Source: Azolla caroliniana (taxonomy: Eukaryota; Plantae; Polypodiophyta). From it: DNA of 64,000 nt. Location: positions 17,422,001 through 17,486,000 of the forward strand of contig JBHGNT010000011.1 of NCBI GenBank assembly GCA_043228905.1. Direction: 5' to 3'. A program made the translations under genes and the position numbers. Shown one piece after another: positions 52,670 to 64,000 of the stretch (positions within the stretch are counted from its first letter, which is position 1; the number at the start of each line of letters is the position of its first letter). Below the pieces are notes generated by a model. That model saw only the letters and a list, made by a program, of their open reading frames with translations, was not told where the DNA came from and searched no databases.

Positions 52670-54600
52670 ATGTGCAGTTCAATGAACTCACAACAGGGCT
52701 TACATACACCCTGTCATTCCAGTCTTTTCCACACTTGCGAGGACGAGAAATCTCGTGACCCAGAGACAGTAAAGGTATCTCAGCAGAGACCTGATTTTTG
52801 TAGGACCAAGTCTTCAATCAATCTTTCAAAAGGCTGTGGATTGATCAGATCTCACTCATTCCCCCTTGAAGGATGGCACCAAAAAAAATATGCATTAAAG
52901 GTAAGCAAGACTGCACAAAAGACCCGAGAAAGTTCTATGAATGACATGAAAGAGACAATCTGTACAACAACCCAAACAGCTGAATTGAGCAGCCTCCCCA
53001 AATGCACTTTGAAACATGGTATTGTCAAAGCTATTGAAAGGTCCTCAGATTTGAGAGAGACTACGTTGAAAGGAATCTCAAGTGATGTTAACATAGAGCC
53101 CTCATCAGATACTACATCGTTGTTGGATTTATCTAGAACCCATCCATCGCCACATTTACAAGGTTTGCCTTACCATAGCTGGAGAAATTCAATCGTACTT
53201 CCTAGTGGGAAATTATTATTTTGTGGTCGTCGAAGAGAAATGGAGGATACCGCGACCATTGTAACACCTTTTGTGGGCCTTGGATGTCAGATTGTTGAAT
53301 CTGAATCAGCTGAGAGAGCGCCTTCAGATTTGCACTTTTTTGGTGTTTATGATGGGCATGGTGGCTCTCAAGTAAGTTTCAAAACTGTCATTGCTTAAAA
53401 ATATATGTAAACTCTTTTGGCTATAATAAAGCTTTTACATTATGTAAATCACTTTATAGATTTTTATCATCCACGATCCATGAATGAATTGTACTACATG
53501 ATAATGATGATGATGATGCGGTGTTGCAGGCTTCTCTTTATTGCATGGAAAGTTTTCATCATTCACTTGCTGAGGAGATTGAAAAAGGTTTTAGTGCTGG
53601 ATATTCAAATGATATGTGGAATGCAAAGTGGGATGAAGTGATGAAAGCCACATTTTTCAAGGTAGATAAGGATGTTGGAGGAATATGCCCAAATGGGATA
53701 CGAGATGATGATAAGAATGCTAATAGCAAGGATATTGATGATTATACTCTGGACAATGGATGTTTATGCTGTGTGGATGCGATTGCACCAGATAATGTAG
53801 GTACGACAGCTGTAGTTGCAGTTATTGGTTCATCTCAGATAGTTATTGGTAACTGTGGAGATTCCAGAGCTGTCCTTGCTCGAGGTAACACAGCCCTGCC
53901 TTTATCCAGAGATCATAAGGTACACAGTTTGTTTGTAATTCTACGTTTTCTTTACATATGTAAAGATTCCATGATTGGTTTTTTTTACTTTTCTTAAATG
54001 TGATCCTTATTTATCTTTTAATTTTTCTAGAATATAGATTATTTTATGCTCAAAAGTTTTATTATTTTGTGTGTCATTGTTTCAGCATAACATTCTATTC
54101 ATTGTGTCACAGCCAGAGGCAGAGACTAATCGTATTGAAGCGGCGGGGGGGAGGGTAATATGCTGGGATGGATATAGAGTAGGGGGTTTTCTTGCTCTCT
54201 CTAGGGCAATAGGTTTGTTGAAGCCCACTTGTTTGTTTTATGACAACAACGAATATCATTCTCAATCTTGATATGGTTTGATACAGGAGATCGCTATCTC
54301 AAACGATACGTTATCTCGGAGCCAGAAGTAACATGCATTCAACGTATGCCAGATGATGAGTGTTTGATTCTAGGTACTGATGGGTTATGGGATGTTGTTA
54401 CAAATGATTGTGCATGTGAAGTTGCCCGCAAAAGTCTCACAGCTCTACGAAAGAAGTACAAGTCCCGACCATCTCTACCTGGTGAAGATCCTGCTGCTGC
54501 AGCTGTGGCCGCCCTTCTAGTGAAGCTCGCATATAGCAGAGGAAGCAAAGATAATATCAGCGTGGTGGTAGTTGACTTAAAAGCTAGACCATGTGGTTAG
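52670..54600 (+). CDS. Protein phosphatase 2C, clade A (ABI1/HAB/PP2CA-like), 501 aa, 4 coding exons
   Basis: Exons 52670-53371, 53530-53919, 54113-54212, 54287-54600, all GT-AG and phase-consistent (1506 nt). Motifs: [78 protein letters not shown] (clade A flap Trp), [24 protein letters not shown]. The 5' UTR probably starts in the CT-rich region near 51200 with a UTR intron from about 51610. Confidence 0.95.
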
Positions 54601-57600
54601 GGAGCAGTACGCTGGATCAGTACCTTGTCTATGTAAGCGGTACTTCTTATTAAAATGGTACGTCCACATCTCATTTTGTTTTTTTCTTCTATATTGAGAG
54701 TATTTTTATTAAGTATTTGCATTCTGTTATGCAAACAATCTTCAGAGCGTGTCCTGGAAAGACATTGTTGGTTTCTAAATACAGCTTTTGCCTTATGCTA
54801 CATTTTTTTCCTACTATTTACATGGATACATTTCCAACTTATAAAGTTATGTGGGACAGATGAATTTGAGGTGGATCGGTTTCATTGGTGCTCAACACTA
54901 CTTAAAGCATATGTATGACTGTAGGTGGGTGACTTGTGCGAGCCAAGTAAAATGAGTTTTGTGCTGTCTGATCTTATGTTTGAAAAGATAATACATCCCT
55001 TGAAAGAAAAAGATTATGCATGCACAAGAGGTAGAAGGCTGTTAGTTTTTACTCCTCAGCCCTAATAAGCATAGCCAAATTACATGGGGAATAATTTGGA
55101 AAGGCATAAGAATCATCATATTTAATCTTTTACCATTACATTATCATCAAGATCATCACTCTCACAATGATTTCCACCATCAGCATCATCAGATGTTGTG
55201 GAAAAATCATATGTGAGAAAAATCATGTTATCTTCTGAAGCATGACAAAGTTTCATATGATTGGCAGAGTTTGGGGGTTTCAACACCAAGAAATGAGGTG
55301 AGAAGACTATTTTGGCGAAGTTTTGAATTCCCTTTGACCTGTACCTCATCGTGCAACTGGAAATTTCTGTAACAGGACTTGCGAAAGTGCACACCCTGAC
55401 ATGGCACAACACAAGGCCATATATTGTGAGTTGTGGTGATTAGACGTTTTTGGTCGGGCCTCTTTACTTCTAAAAGATACCATTTGTGGTTTGTATGTTT
55501 CATGTGAATATCATAAGATGAAATGGAAACTCATTTGTATTTTTACTGGAAACAAATTTTTTGCTCCTACAACGGTGCCTCACTTATTTGCACAAAGTCT
55601 GGATCTTGTGTGTGTGATTATTTACCAAGCTTGACCTTGAGATTCAGATTGATGTGATGATTTAAATGTGAAAGCAACTTTATGGTTCTTTTTTGTTGAT
55701 CCTCTTTTGAGTAACCGAGCATGAGTTCCTTTAAAAGATTGAGTAGGGGTGGCATAACTTTTGTTTGGGCTATGAATGATGAACATTGATGTTTGTGCAC
55801 CTCTGCTCTCAGAGGACACCCTGGAGGTGTATTATCTCTCTTTCTTCTTCATCTCTCTATATCACCCATCCGAGAGTGGTCATTATTGTTATATCCTGAA
55901 GCTTCCTACTCTCAGCCAACCCTTTCAAGGTATGAAACATGTCACTTTGTTGGATGCTCGTCAAACAATAAATCAAGGTTTTGGTTTCAAGTAGGGCAAG
56001 ATGTTTGAGATTTATTGTTACATGAAAATATATCTTGGTTTATATGTATCTATGTTTAAAACAGTTCCGTGTGTTTGCTATATTTGTAATATTTTATTTT
56101 TGTGTCCTCTATGTGAACTGGAAAAATATGTTTTCTCATCTTTGTTTGCTGATTTCATTGCGACATACCTTTTTATTTGCAAAAAACTGCGAGCTTGTTC
56201 TGGTTCCACTGAGAAGGATTCATCAATATACTCAGGAGTTTCTTATGAAAATTATTCTGTATACATGCGACAAGTTCTCAATATATAGCAGTTCTTTGTT
56301 GTGATTATAATATACCTGGGAATAAGGTGGTGCCTTTTTACAAGTTAATAGACTTTTGGTGTGTTTTCTAAAGTTTATTTTGTTTTTTTCAGTGGAACGG
56401 TATCTTAGCTGAATATGCTGCAATATAGTCATGAATGAAGTCTTCTATTGTCGATTGGAGTTCCCAATGTTATATTTCAGATTTTTTTTTTCAAATCCTA
56501 TGTTAGTCTATGTACATAGTGATCATAACCTCCATGTGTAGTGTTTAATTTTGTGAGCGATAGGAAAGGTTACAAGCACACTTATGTAGATAAGACTTGA
56601 ACCTTCATAGTATGTGTTTTATTTTGTGAGTGCTTATGGAAGGTTTGGAATATATTTACCTGGGATTGCTTGGGGTCTTGTTTTTCAAGGTTGTCATTTC
56701 AGAATTAGAGTCCAACATGACTTTGTTCAATATGTCAATTTTTAAAATCATGGGTGTTTTATTTGCTATTTGATACGTTTTCCTACTTATGGGTGCTTGA
56801 ATTGTTAAGTTTTAAGTTGTGTGGGGAAGAAGGAAAGGAGATGGTATTATACTTTATATGTATGCATACTATAAGCTGAAATTGTGCATGTGTCATTTCA
56901 GTTCCTTCAATAAAGGAGAAAAGGTTCAATAAAAATGGAAAATGAACGTGGTCTGATGTATTTACAGTTTGATTAGTTAATTAATCTTATGATCACTCAG
57001 TTTCTCTCTCTAAACATTCAATAGGGAACATCACTAGTGCTTTGCATGGTGCTTGTAGAATATTCTAATATACTACTGATCTACTCATAAGTATTACAAA
57101 TATTGCTTGGGTTTTTTCATCTTGCTGAACCTGTACTTTGGAGTATAATAGGTTTAGGTTCCTTCGTGGTTTTCACGAAGATGATAAAGAGGGAGTCTGT
57201 TTAGGATGTATAGTTACAATTAGAATTGTATATATGAAATTGTCAATGGATGTTTGTCTAGGATTATGTAGGAACTTTGACGATGATTTGGAAAATGGTG
57301 GTTGATGATGATGAGAGAGTGCTAACTTGTTTAGTTAGAAAGATCACAGAGAAAGTACTAATTGTTTAAAATTTATATGGATATACTCAATATTCTATCA
57401 TTTGACCATCTAATTCTTGAATTACAGCAAGAGTGCATATATCTAATGATTGGAGTAAGAGCCGTGCAATTTAATTGGGCAAATGAAGATTGAAGGTAGG
57501 TTGAGGTGATGCTGGATTAAATCGAAATTCAGTCAAGTTTGAGATGATACCTCTAGTAAAAGTAGACGTAGAAAGTAATAAAGTGGTTGAAGCAGGAGAT

Positions 57601-59399
57601 AGAAACAATGGAGTCAAGATAATAAACAAACTTGTATCTTGGACATGTTTGTGATAAAATTGGTCATCTTGTGCAGGATTGTTGGAATCATTGAAGTGGT
57701 ATAAAGGAATGAAAAAGTTCCAAAGCAAAGATGAAATGCCATAAGCTAGTCATAATATCATGATGTTGAGAATGCATGAATTACAACCATATTTTAAACT
57801 GTGAATAATACATGTCATTGATAATAATAATAATATGTCTAGAAATAATATATTTTATCAAAAGCAAAAATGTTATGCATTACCCGTCAAGAGAAACATA
57901 ACCAAAACCATTGGCCTAGGTGGATCATGTGAGAAGTATCTCAAAAGCTAAGAGAATATATATATAAAATTAACCCTTTATTAAGAGGATGTTGAAAAGG
58001 TAATTCTAGAGTATTAAAGCTATAAGAAATGGGTAAGGGCCAAATTTGTTTTTATTAACAAGTATTATTACGCCTCAGTGGCAAATCTAACACTAATCAA
58101 TCTAGACACGAGTGCACAAACAAGTCAATGTATTTCTTGTATATATGTCGACCATTAGATTGACCTCCAAACATAGTTTCAATACAAGCTCACCCCTAAG
58201 CTTCATATCTACCACCTTGTCATCAAGTTGACATGCTATACCACTAGCTTGCACCTTATGCATGTATGAGTAGCATTGAGCGTTGAAGGGCATGCAACCA
58301 AGATTTGTGATTAATCAATAGTTCAATGTAGTAGGTCTTATCGATAATCTAGCATATTCACATATTGGAGGCCAATCTCTTAGTATGGTGCACATCTAAG
58401 TGTTCTAGAAAGTTATACCTCTCGATATCATAAGTTTCATAAATGGAGAAGCAAGCCATCAACCCCCATTGATCAATGTGTACTTGAATAACCTTAATCA
58501 ATCACAACTAAAGAATACTACTTATTCCTTTAGTTGATCAATATTCAAGAGAGCATTTAATATTAACAACTTCTTGGAATTTATACATGCTTAATCGCAG
58601 AGCTTTATGCAATAATGTTTAACTCCAAATGGTGATAAGTGTTTGATCACAAAACTGCATGCAACGATTGGATGACCATTTATCACCCTTTTGCTTTTCC
58701 TTGTTCCTTCTCTGATTTCCATATCTCCCCAAATGTCCTTAGCAGATATCAAAAGGATTGAATCAACACTATAATTGCTCAAGTAGCATGGACAATTGTG
58801 CTCGAGTAGCGCATTCAAGGTAAATAAGGAAAAGTGGGTGCCATTTGAAACACTGTATAGCTTTGCAGTGTATTAGCATTGAAAGGCTCTTTTAAAGGCA
58901 TAACTAGGTCGTGTTGGTAGAGTACTAAAGAAAAGAAAAACTCGGGATAAGTTAAAATATGGAGGGAGAGCAATCCATGTACAACAAGAGCTAGGAAAAT
59001 ATCATTGTTGTTCCCTTCAAACGTAGGAAAGAAAAAGCTTGAAAAGGTAAGGCTCCGAGTGCCTGGTATCGAAAATAGGTTGTATATACATATAGCTGAT
59101 GTAGTAGTACTTGGTTATGTTCACTAAAATATGCTATATCTATTTGTATATATAGTTGAAGTAGTAACAGTGGTAACCGTGTGGTCGATTCATCATGGTC
59201 AAGTAGGGGGAAAGTGATGAAAAAAACGGGGGCATTTTGGGAGTATAATGAAAAGCCAATAGGGGTATTTGTAGGAGTATGTATAATGAGAGAGCCCAAG
59301 GAGGGGTATTCTGGGAATAAACCAAACCCCAGGGGCATATTTGGAAATAACGAAAACACAAAGCGAGAGGAGATATCTACCCCCCCATAAAGCTCTTTG

Positions 59400-59730
59400 T
59401 TTTGGGGCTTCGCTTCTCTGCTTTGCTCTGCTCTGCTCTGCTCTGTTAGGGTTAGGGTTTGGTTTTCTTTGTCTGGTCCCGGCGTTGGCGCTGTTGTTTT
59501 CTCATTGTTCGTCAAGTTATGTCTTTTATCCGCTCTCTCTTCTTCTTCTCCGCGGGGTCCGTGTATGGTGTGTATATTGCTCAGAACTACAGCGTTCCAG
59601 ACGTCCGAAAGCTCTTCAAAACCGCAGTCATCATTGCTCGTGTCTATGAAGAAAATTACAGAAAGAAGCCTTCAGATGAAGACAAGTAAAGTAAGGAAGA
59701 TAATATTGGTTCATCGCTTATTCAAATAAA
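59400..59730 (+). promoter_or_regulatory. Probable transcription start or first exon of an unidentified downstream gene
   Basis: GC/CT-rich island with (GCTCT)n, telo-box-like TTAGGGTTAGGGTTT and a donor-like AAA|GTAAGG at about 59690. No recognisable coding exons were found downstream within the window. Confidence 0.3.
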
Positions 59731-61840
59731 CTCACAGGTTTTTTCATATGAAGACAAGTAAAGAAAGAAAGAAAGGATTGGTCCATCGCTCATTCAAATA
59801 AATTCCCAGGTCTTTTGCAATTGATTAATTTGTACTCTTTCTTTTTGTGTCATAATATTTGCGAACATTTCCCTTCGTTTCTCATCATTAGCATAGAGGT
59901 TTATCTCTAGAATATTTAAAATGTACGTGAGAATAAAATGGAATTACATTCTCCATCTCTAGACTGTTGTGGGTGTAATTTGAGAGCGTAATACAGTTAT
60001 ATCCTCATCATCAGCAAAGAGTTTGTCTCTAGAATTTCGTGGATACTATGTAAGAATATAATGGAGTGTTATAATAATATGATGTAGTTATGTAAAGTAT
60101 ATATGGGAGGGGGTCTTTGCATATTTATCGGGAGGTATATGAGAATGAGTTATGGAGGTATGTAAAGAGTATATGGGAGGGCTATACAAATTTATTGGGT
60201 GGTATGTAAGATTGTGTCGGCAATTATGTGAGAATATATCAGATGTTGTGGGAGAATGCATTGGAGTTGTGTAAAAATGTGTTAGATCCAGTCTGCATAA
60301 TGATAATTATGCAGACATGTAGTCCTATTCAAGTTTGTCTCTGCACTTATAAGATGAAGTATTGCTGAATTAATTCCAGGACCGTCTTTGGAACGTGTGG
60401 AGAAATGTAATCATGTATTGGAATTTGGAGACAATATGATGATCATCATAGTTCACATAAGTATGGAATTTTAAATAGATACGGTGATTGTTTCACACCT
60501 GCAGAATGATAATGAGTCATGCTGCAAGGATGTTGATCATGCTCAAGTTTGGCTATCCAGTACAAGATTTTTTCACACCTTGCTGAAATAACTCCAAGGC
60601 TATCTTTCCCTGTCTTTAGGAGATATGGACGAAATGATATATTGGATGATGTATACCAATTTTGGAACTGTTGAAATGCAACATATATAAGTATGCACAA
60701 CTAGATAGATATATAATATTCTACATGGTATGTAGTTGTCATGTCACTGTACTGATTATTATGAATATCTTTTTCTTGATGTGTCCTATTCCCACAATCA
60801 CGTGGATCTTTTTGATGTGTCTCATCTCTAAACTGTAACGTAGGGTGTTTGATCATAGTGAGTTCTGGGAGTCTAGAAAGGTGGGCATAAATACAGTATA
60901 GGTATGGTATACGTTGTACAGCTTGGTTTCATTCTCAATGTGGATGCATAAATTGCAATGAATCTAAGAGTGAAATCTGAGATATAGGGAAGAATCATGT
61001 CATATTTGAGAATAATGTATTTGGTGGGTATCTGTCATTGCTCACTTTTGTCAAGCTGTTTCATATTTGTATATTACGATGCAATATGCTTCCAAGTTCC
61101 AAGTTAGCTATTCAGTGATTGAAAAACTTTTGAAAAGATGACTTGGCAAAAGACTGATAAACGAGACCAGATCATGAATACTCACTAGGCAACACATAAT
61201 TGAAAATAAATAATGGTCATGAGCATCCATATGTGTAATTTCACTAGAGTGTATTTATTATCTACTCTCATGAGATCAATGCCACTACAATGGCAGGGTT
61301 GCAAGCTGCCCATTGACTTTTTGTCTTTCTGTCTAGAATTTTCCAGAACCTCACAAAGGTTTTTATTCTGCACTGTTGACATTTTTCTCCAAGCAACTCT
61401 CGAAGCTTCTGAAAGTGGACTGCACTTTGACTTGTGGACAAATATGTTGGACTAATCAATCACTGGAGCTATATTCAAGCTGGTTTATTTCTTTAACCCA
61501 ATTCGTTGCCTACTTTGGTCAAACACCATTTCTTCTGGATTCTGATGAGCGTCCGTGATGGTCCTCCATTCTTTTTGGAAGGAGACGGATCCCATATCAT
61601 AGAAAGGATTCCCCAGATATATAGGTCCAACATTTTTGTTCAATTCCAATTGTGAATATTTTTTGTCAAGTTTCTCCCTCATTGCTGTGCCGTTGTGGGA
61701 ATGCACATATCATCCCCTTAATATAATTTATTGATTCATTTCGATTTTTTCCTGTTCTCTTATTTGTAGTCTTTCTGATATTCTATTCATAGGTTCATGA
61801 GAGATGGCACGTGTACTCAATGGACACATTAGGTGGACTT

Positions 61841-62076
61841 GGAGAGCCAATTGTGCATTTTCTGGTTCTCAAAACTCTAGCTAAAATATTAGATGGGTCT
61901 ATAAGAATCAAATTCTAAGTATCATCTTTGCTGGATCTATGAGAACCATATAAAGTATGGAGAGCCAATTGTGCATTTTCTGGTTCTCAAAACTCTAGCT
62001 AAAATATTAGATGGGTCTATAAGAATCAAATTCTAAGTATCATCGTTGCTGGATCTATGAGAACCATATAAAGTAT
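61841..62076. repeat. Recent tandem duplication, 118 bp x2 (one visible mismatch)
   Basis: GGAGAGCCAATTGTGCATTTTCTGG...GAGAACCATATAAAGTAT starts at both 61841 and 61959. Confidence 0.97.
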
Positions 62077-63489
62077 GAGAGCCTAACCCATTTAATGGGT
62101 CTATGAGCGCCAAATGCTGAGTCTTAATCCCATATGCTGAGATGGGATTGCTATACAAAGCGTTCAATATTTTCTGCTCTTGTCCTTGTGTGTGCTAGTT
62201 GTGTGGTTTCGGGAATGCGGTACATTGATCAGTATGGATGTATCCGGGTATATCGAAATAATTGCTGGTTTAAATCGTATGTTTAAAGATGAAGTTTTAA
62301 AGATTCACTCACTCTCGCAGAGGTCTTAAAGATGAATTTGCAAGGGTACCATGGCTGTCATTTTCTCTCATTCCACAGCATAATGCGTTACTCTAGTGTG
62401 ATCACTTGGAGTGCTACTATTGCTAGCCTTAGCAATTTGGGACCCTCCAAAGTAATTCTCAGCCATCAAAACCTTATTATTATTTCCCTGGTCATAAGAT
62501 GCAAATGATTGAGTTCTGGCTCTCCATCTCCTTGAGTAGGTTTGGAAATCGGAGTGTATGCAATTGGAGGGGAGCTGCCTATTTTTTGGTTTCAAATGTG
62601 ATGTCCCTTGATACTACTCTCCTTGTGAAAACATTATAGATGTTAATACTTTTCTTCGTCTTGCTTTAGTAAATTAATACATTTGCCTTTCACCAACATG
62701 TTACCATTTTGAGACATTGGTGATGCCTTTTTGAGCATTTGTTGAAACATATTTTGTCGAAGTCTTGGAATTATTTTGATTTTACTTTGATTGTGATATT
62801 AATGCCTACCATTATGATGATGATCCTTTGAAGGTTTTTATTATCAAACCTTGAAACCAAAATAAGAATGGTAAAGTGACCTTGTGCTTATCAATTACTG
62901 ATTTTTCACTCTTTTTGTGCCCCCGTTCTATGTAATATATCGCTTATCATTTTCTCTTTTGAGTATCACCGATCTGTTCATATTGGGGGAAGCATGATTA
63001 ACATTGTTACCAAATTTCTAGTCATTGATGAATTCATAAGGGTGTGGAACTAAAATTATTTCTTGAAGTCACTTTAGAGTGGTTTTGAGGTCACTTCCAC
63101 GGTTTTCCATTTGTCATTTGCAATTGCCAATTTCATGGTGCTGAAGGTTGGACAATGCTCCCGGAAAACTGAAAGAAAACGATGTTTTAATTCAAACCAT
63201 GACATAATCATGAAGTTGAGCAATGGATGTTATTGAAGTATTCATGTGATGAAGATATCCGTGTAAAACTGGTTTCAGTTCCACAATAGTTTAACTTTTG
63301 AATTTACTCCAGGTTACTTGTTCATACTGCGGCTCTCCTATTTCAACACACCCGTCCCCAAACCTCCTATTTCAACACCCCTCCCCTCCCTCTCTTCTTC
63401 TTGTGTTTTTAAATTAAGAGTTAAAAACTTCTGAATTTGATTATCAATGGCTTATAATCATGAAGTATTTCAAGCTGTGACTTCTACTT

Positions 63490-63662
63490 CAATTTTTGAG
63501 CAGCTAATTCCACTTGCCTTGTTATTATTTTATGATTTCTCAAATCTATTTGTATAATGATGAGATATTTCAACTTGTAAATCTGCTTGAATTTTTGAGC
63601 AGCTAATTTATCCTCGTGCCTCATTATTATTTTATGTTTTCTTAAATCTATTTGTTTAATCT
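63490..63662. repeat. Diverged tandem duplication with about 100-bp period
   Basis: AATTTTTGAGCAGCTAATT...TTATTATTTTATG..TTCT.AAATCTATTTGT.TAAT occurs twice. Confidence 0.8.
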
Positions 63663-64000
63663 ACTCGTCAACTATTGATGTTGAAATTTATACCATCATT
63701 CACACCTGGTTTGATACTAGACTTTGATCGACGCAAGAAGCTTTAAACACGACATGCTTTTCATTAACTTATCAACAAGGTTTTAACAAAACAAATTCAT
63801 AGATTAATGACCAAATTATCTTCAAAATACATACATATATGGATTACGGAATGTTTATTGCACTATATTCGCAACACACAACACAATTTCATCTAAAACA
63901 CACATTCAATGGTGGCTTGCATTGACAAGTGCAAGAAGAAACCTCTTGTAGCTACCAGAGGTATCAGATGATATCATATCTTCTAAACTTTTATTGTACA

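Noticed and set aside
57470-58820. Short ORFs with vague PPR- or TE-like text
   Set aside because: No motif is strong enough to assign a family.
61485-62595. YLGNPF-containing minus-strand ORF as a LINE RT
   Set aside because: Only one short motif is present, with no supporting neighbouring RT motifs recognised.

Overview
This is AT-rich plant nuclear DNA with spliceosomal GT-AG introns, microsatellites and decayed TEs. The TE and gene style suggests a seed-free plant such as a fern, but that is inference only. Five intact protein-coding genes can be built by hand: (1) a single-exon secreted Pro/Ser-rich glycoprotein with two tandem 6-Cys prolamin-like domains (3948-5765 +); (2) chloroplast ribulose-phosphate 3-epimerase (9 exons, -); (3) an acidic/basic C2H2 (U1/matrin-like) zinc-finger protein (6 exons, -); (4) a PUB62/63-type U-box protein with a ~490-aa C-terminal extension (13 or more exons, -); and (5) a clade A (ABI1/HAB-like) PP2C (4 coding exons, +). 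There is also a secreted-type ORF followed by what looks like a CLE peptide box disabled by two stop codons. The remainder holds L1-like LINE fragments (one with a TSD, one with a fold-back inversion), a hAT MITE with an 8-bp TSD, Copia, hAT and PPR remnants, tRNA-like SINE heads, and many local tandem duplications. All calls come from reading the sequence; no database search was run.
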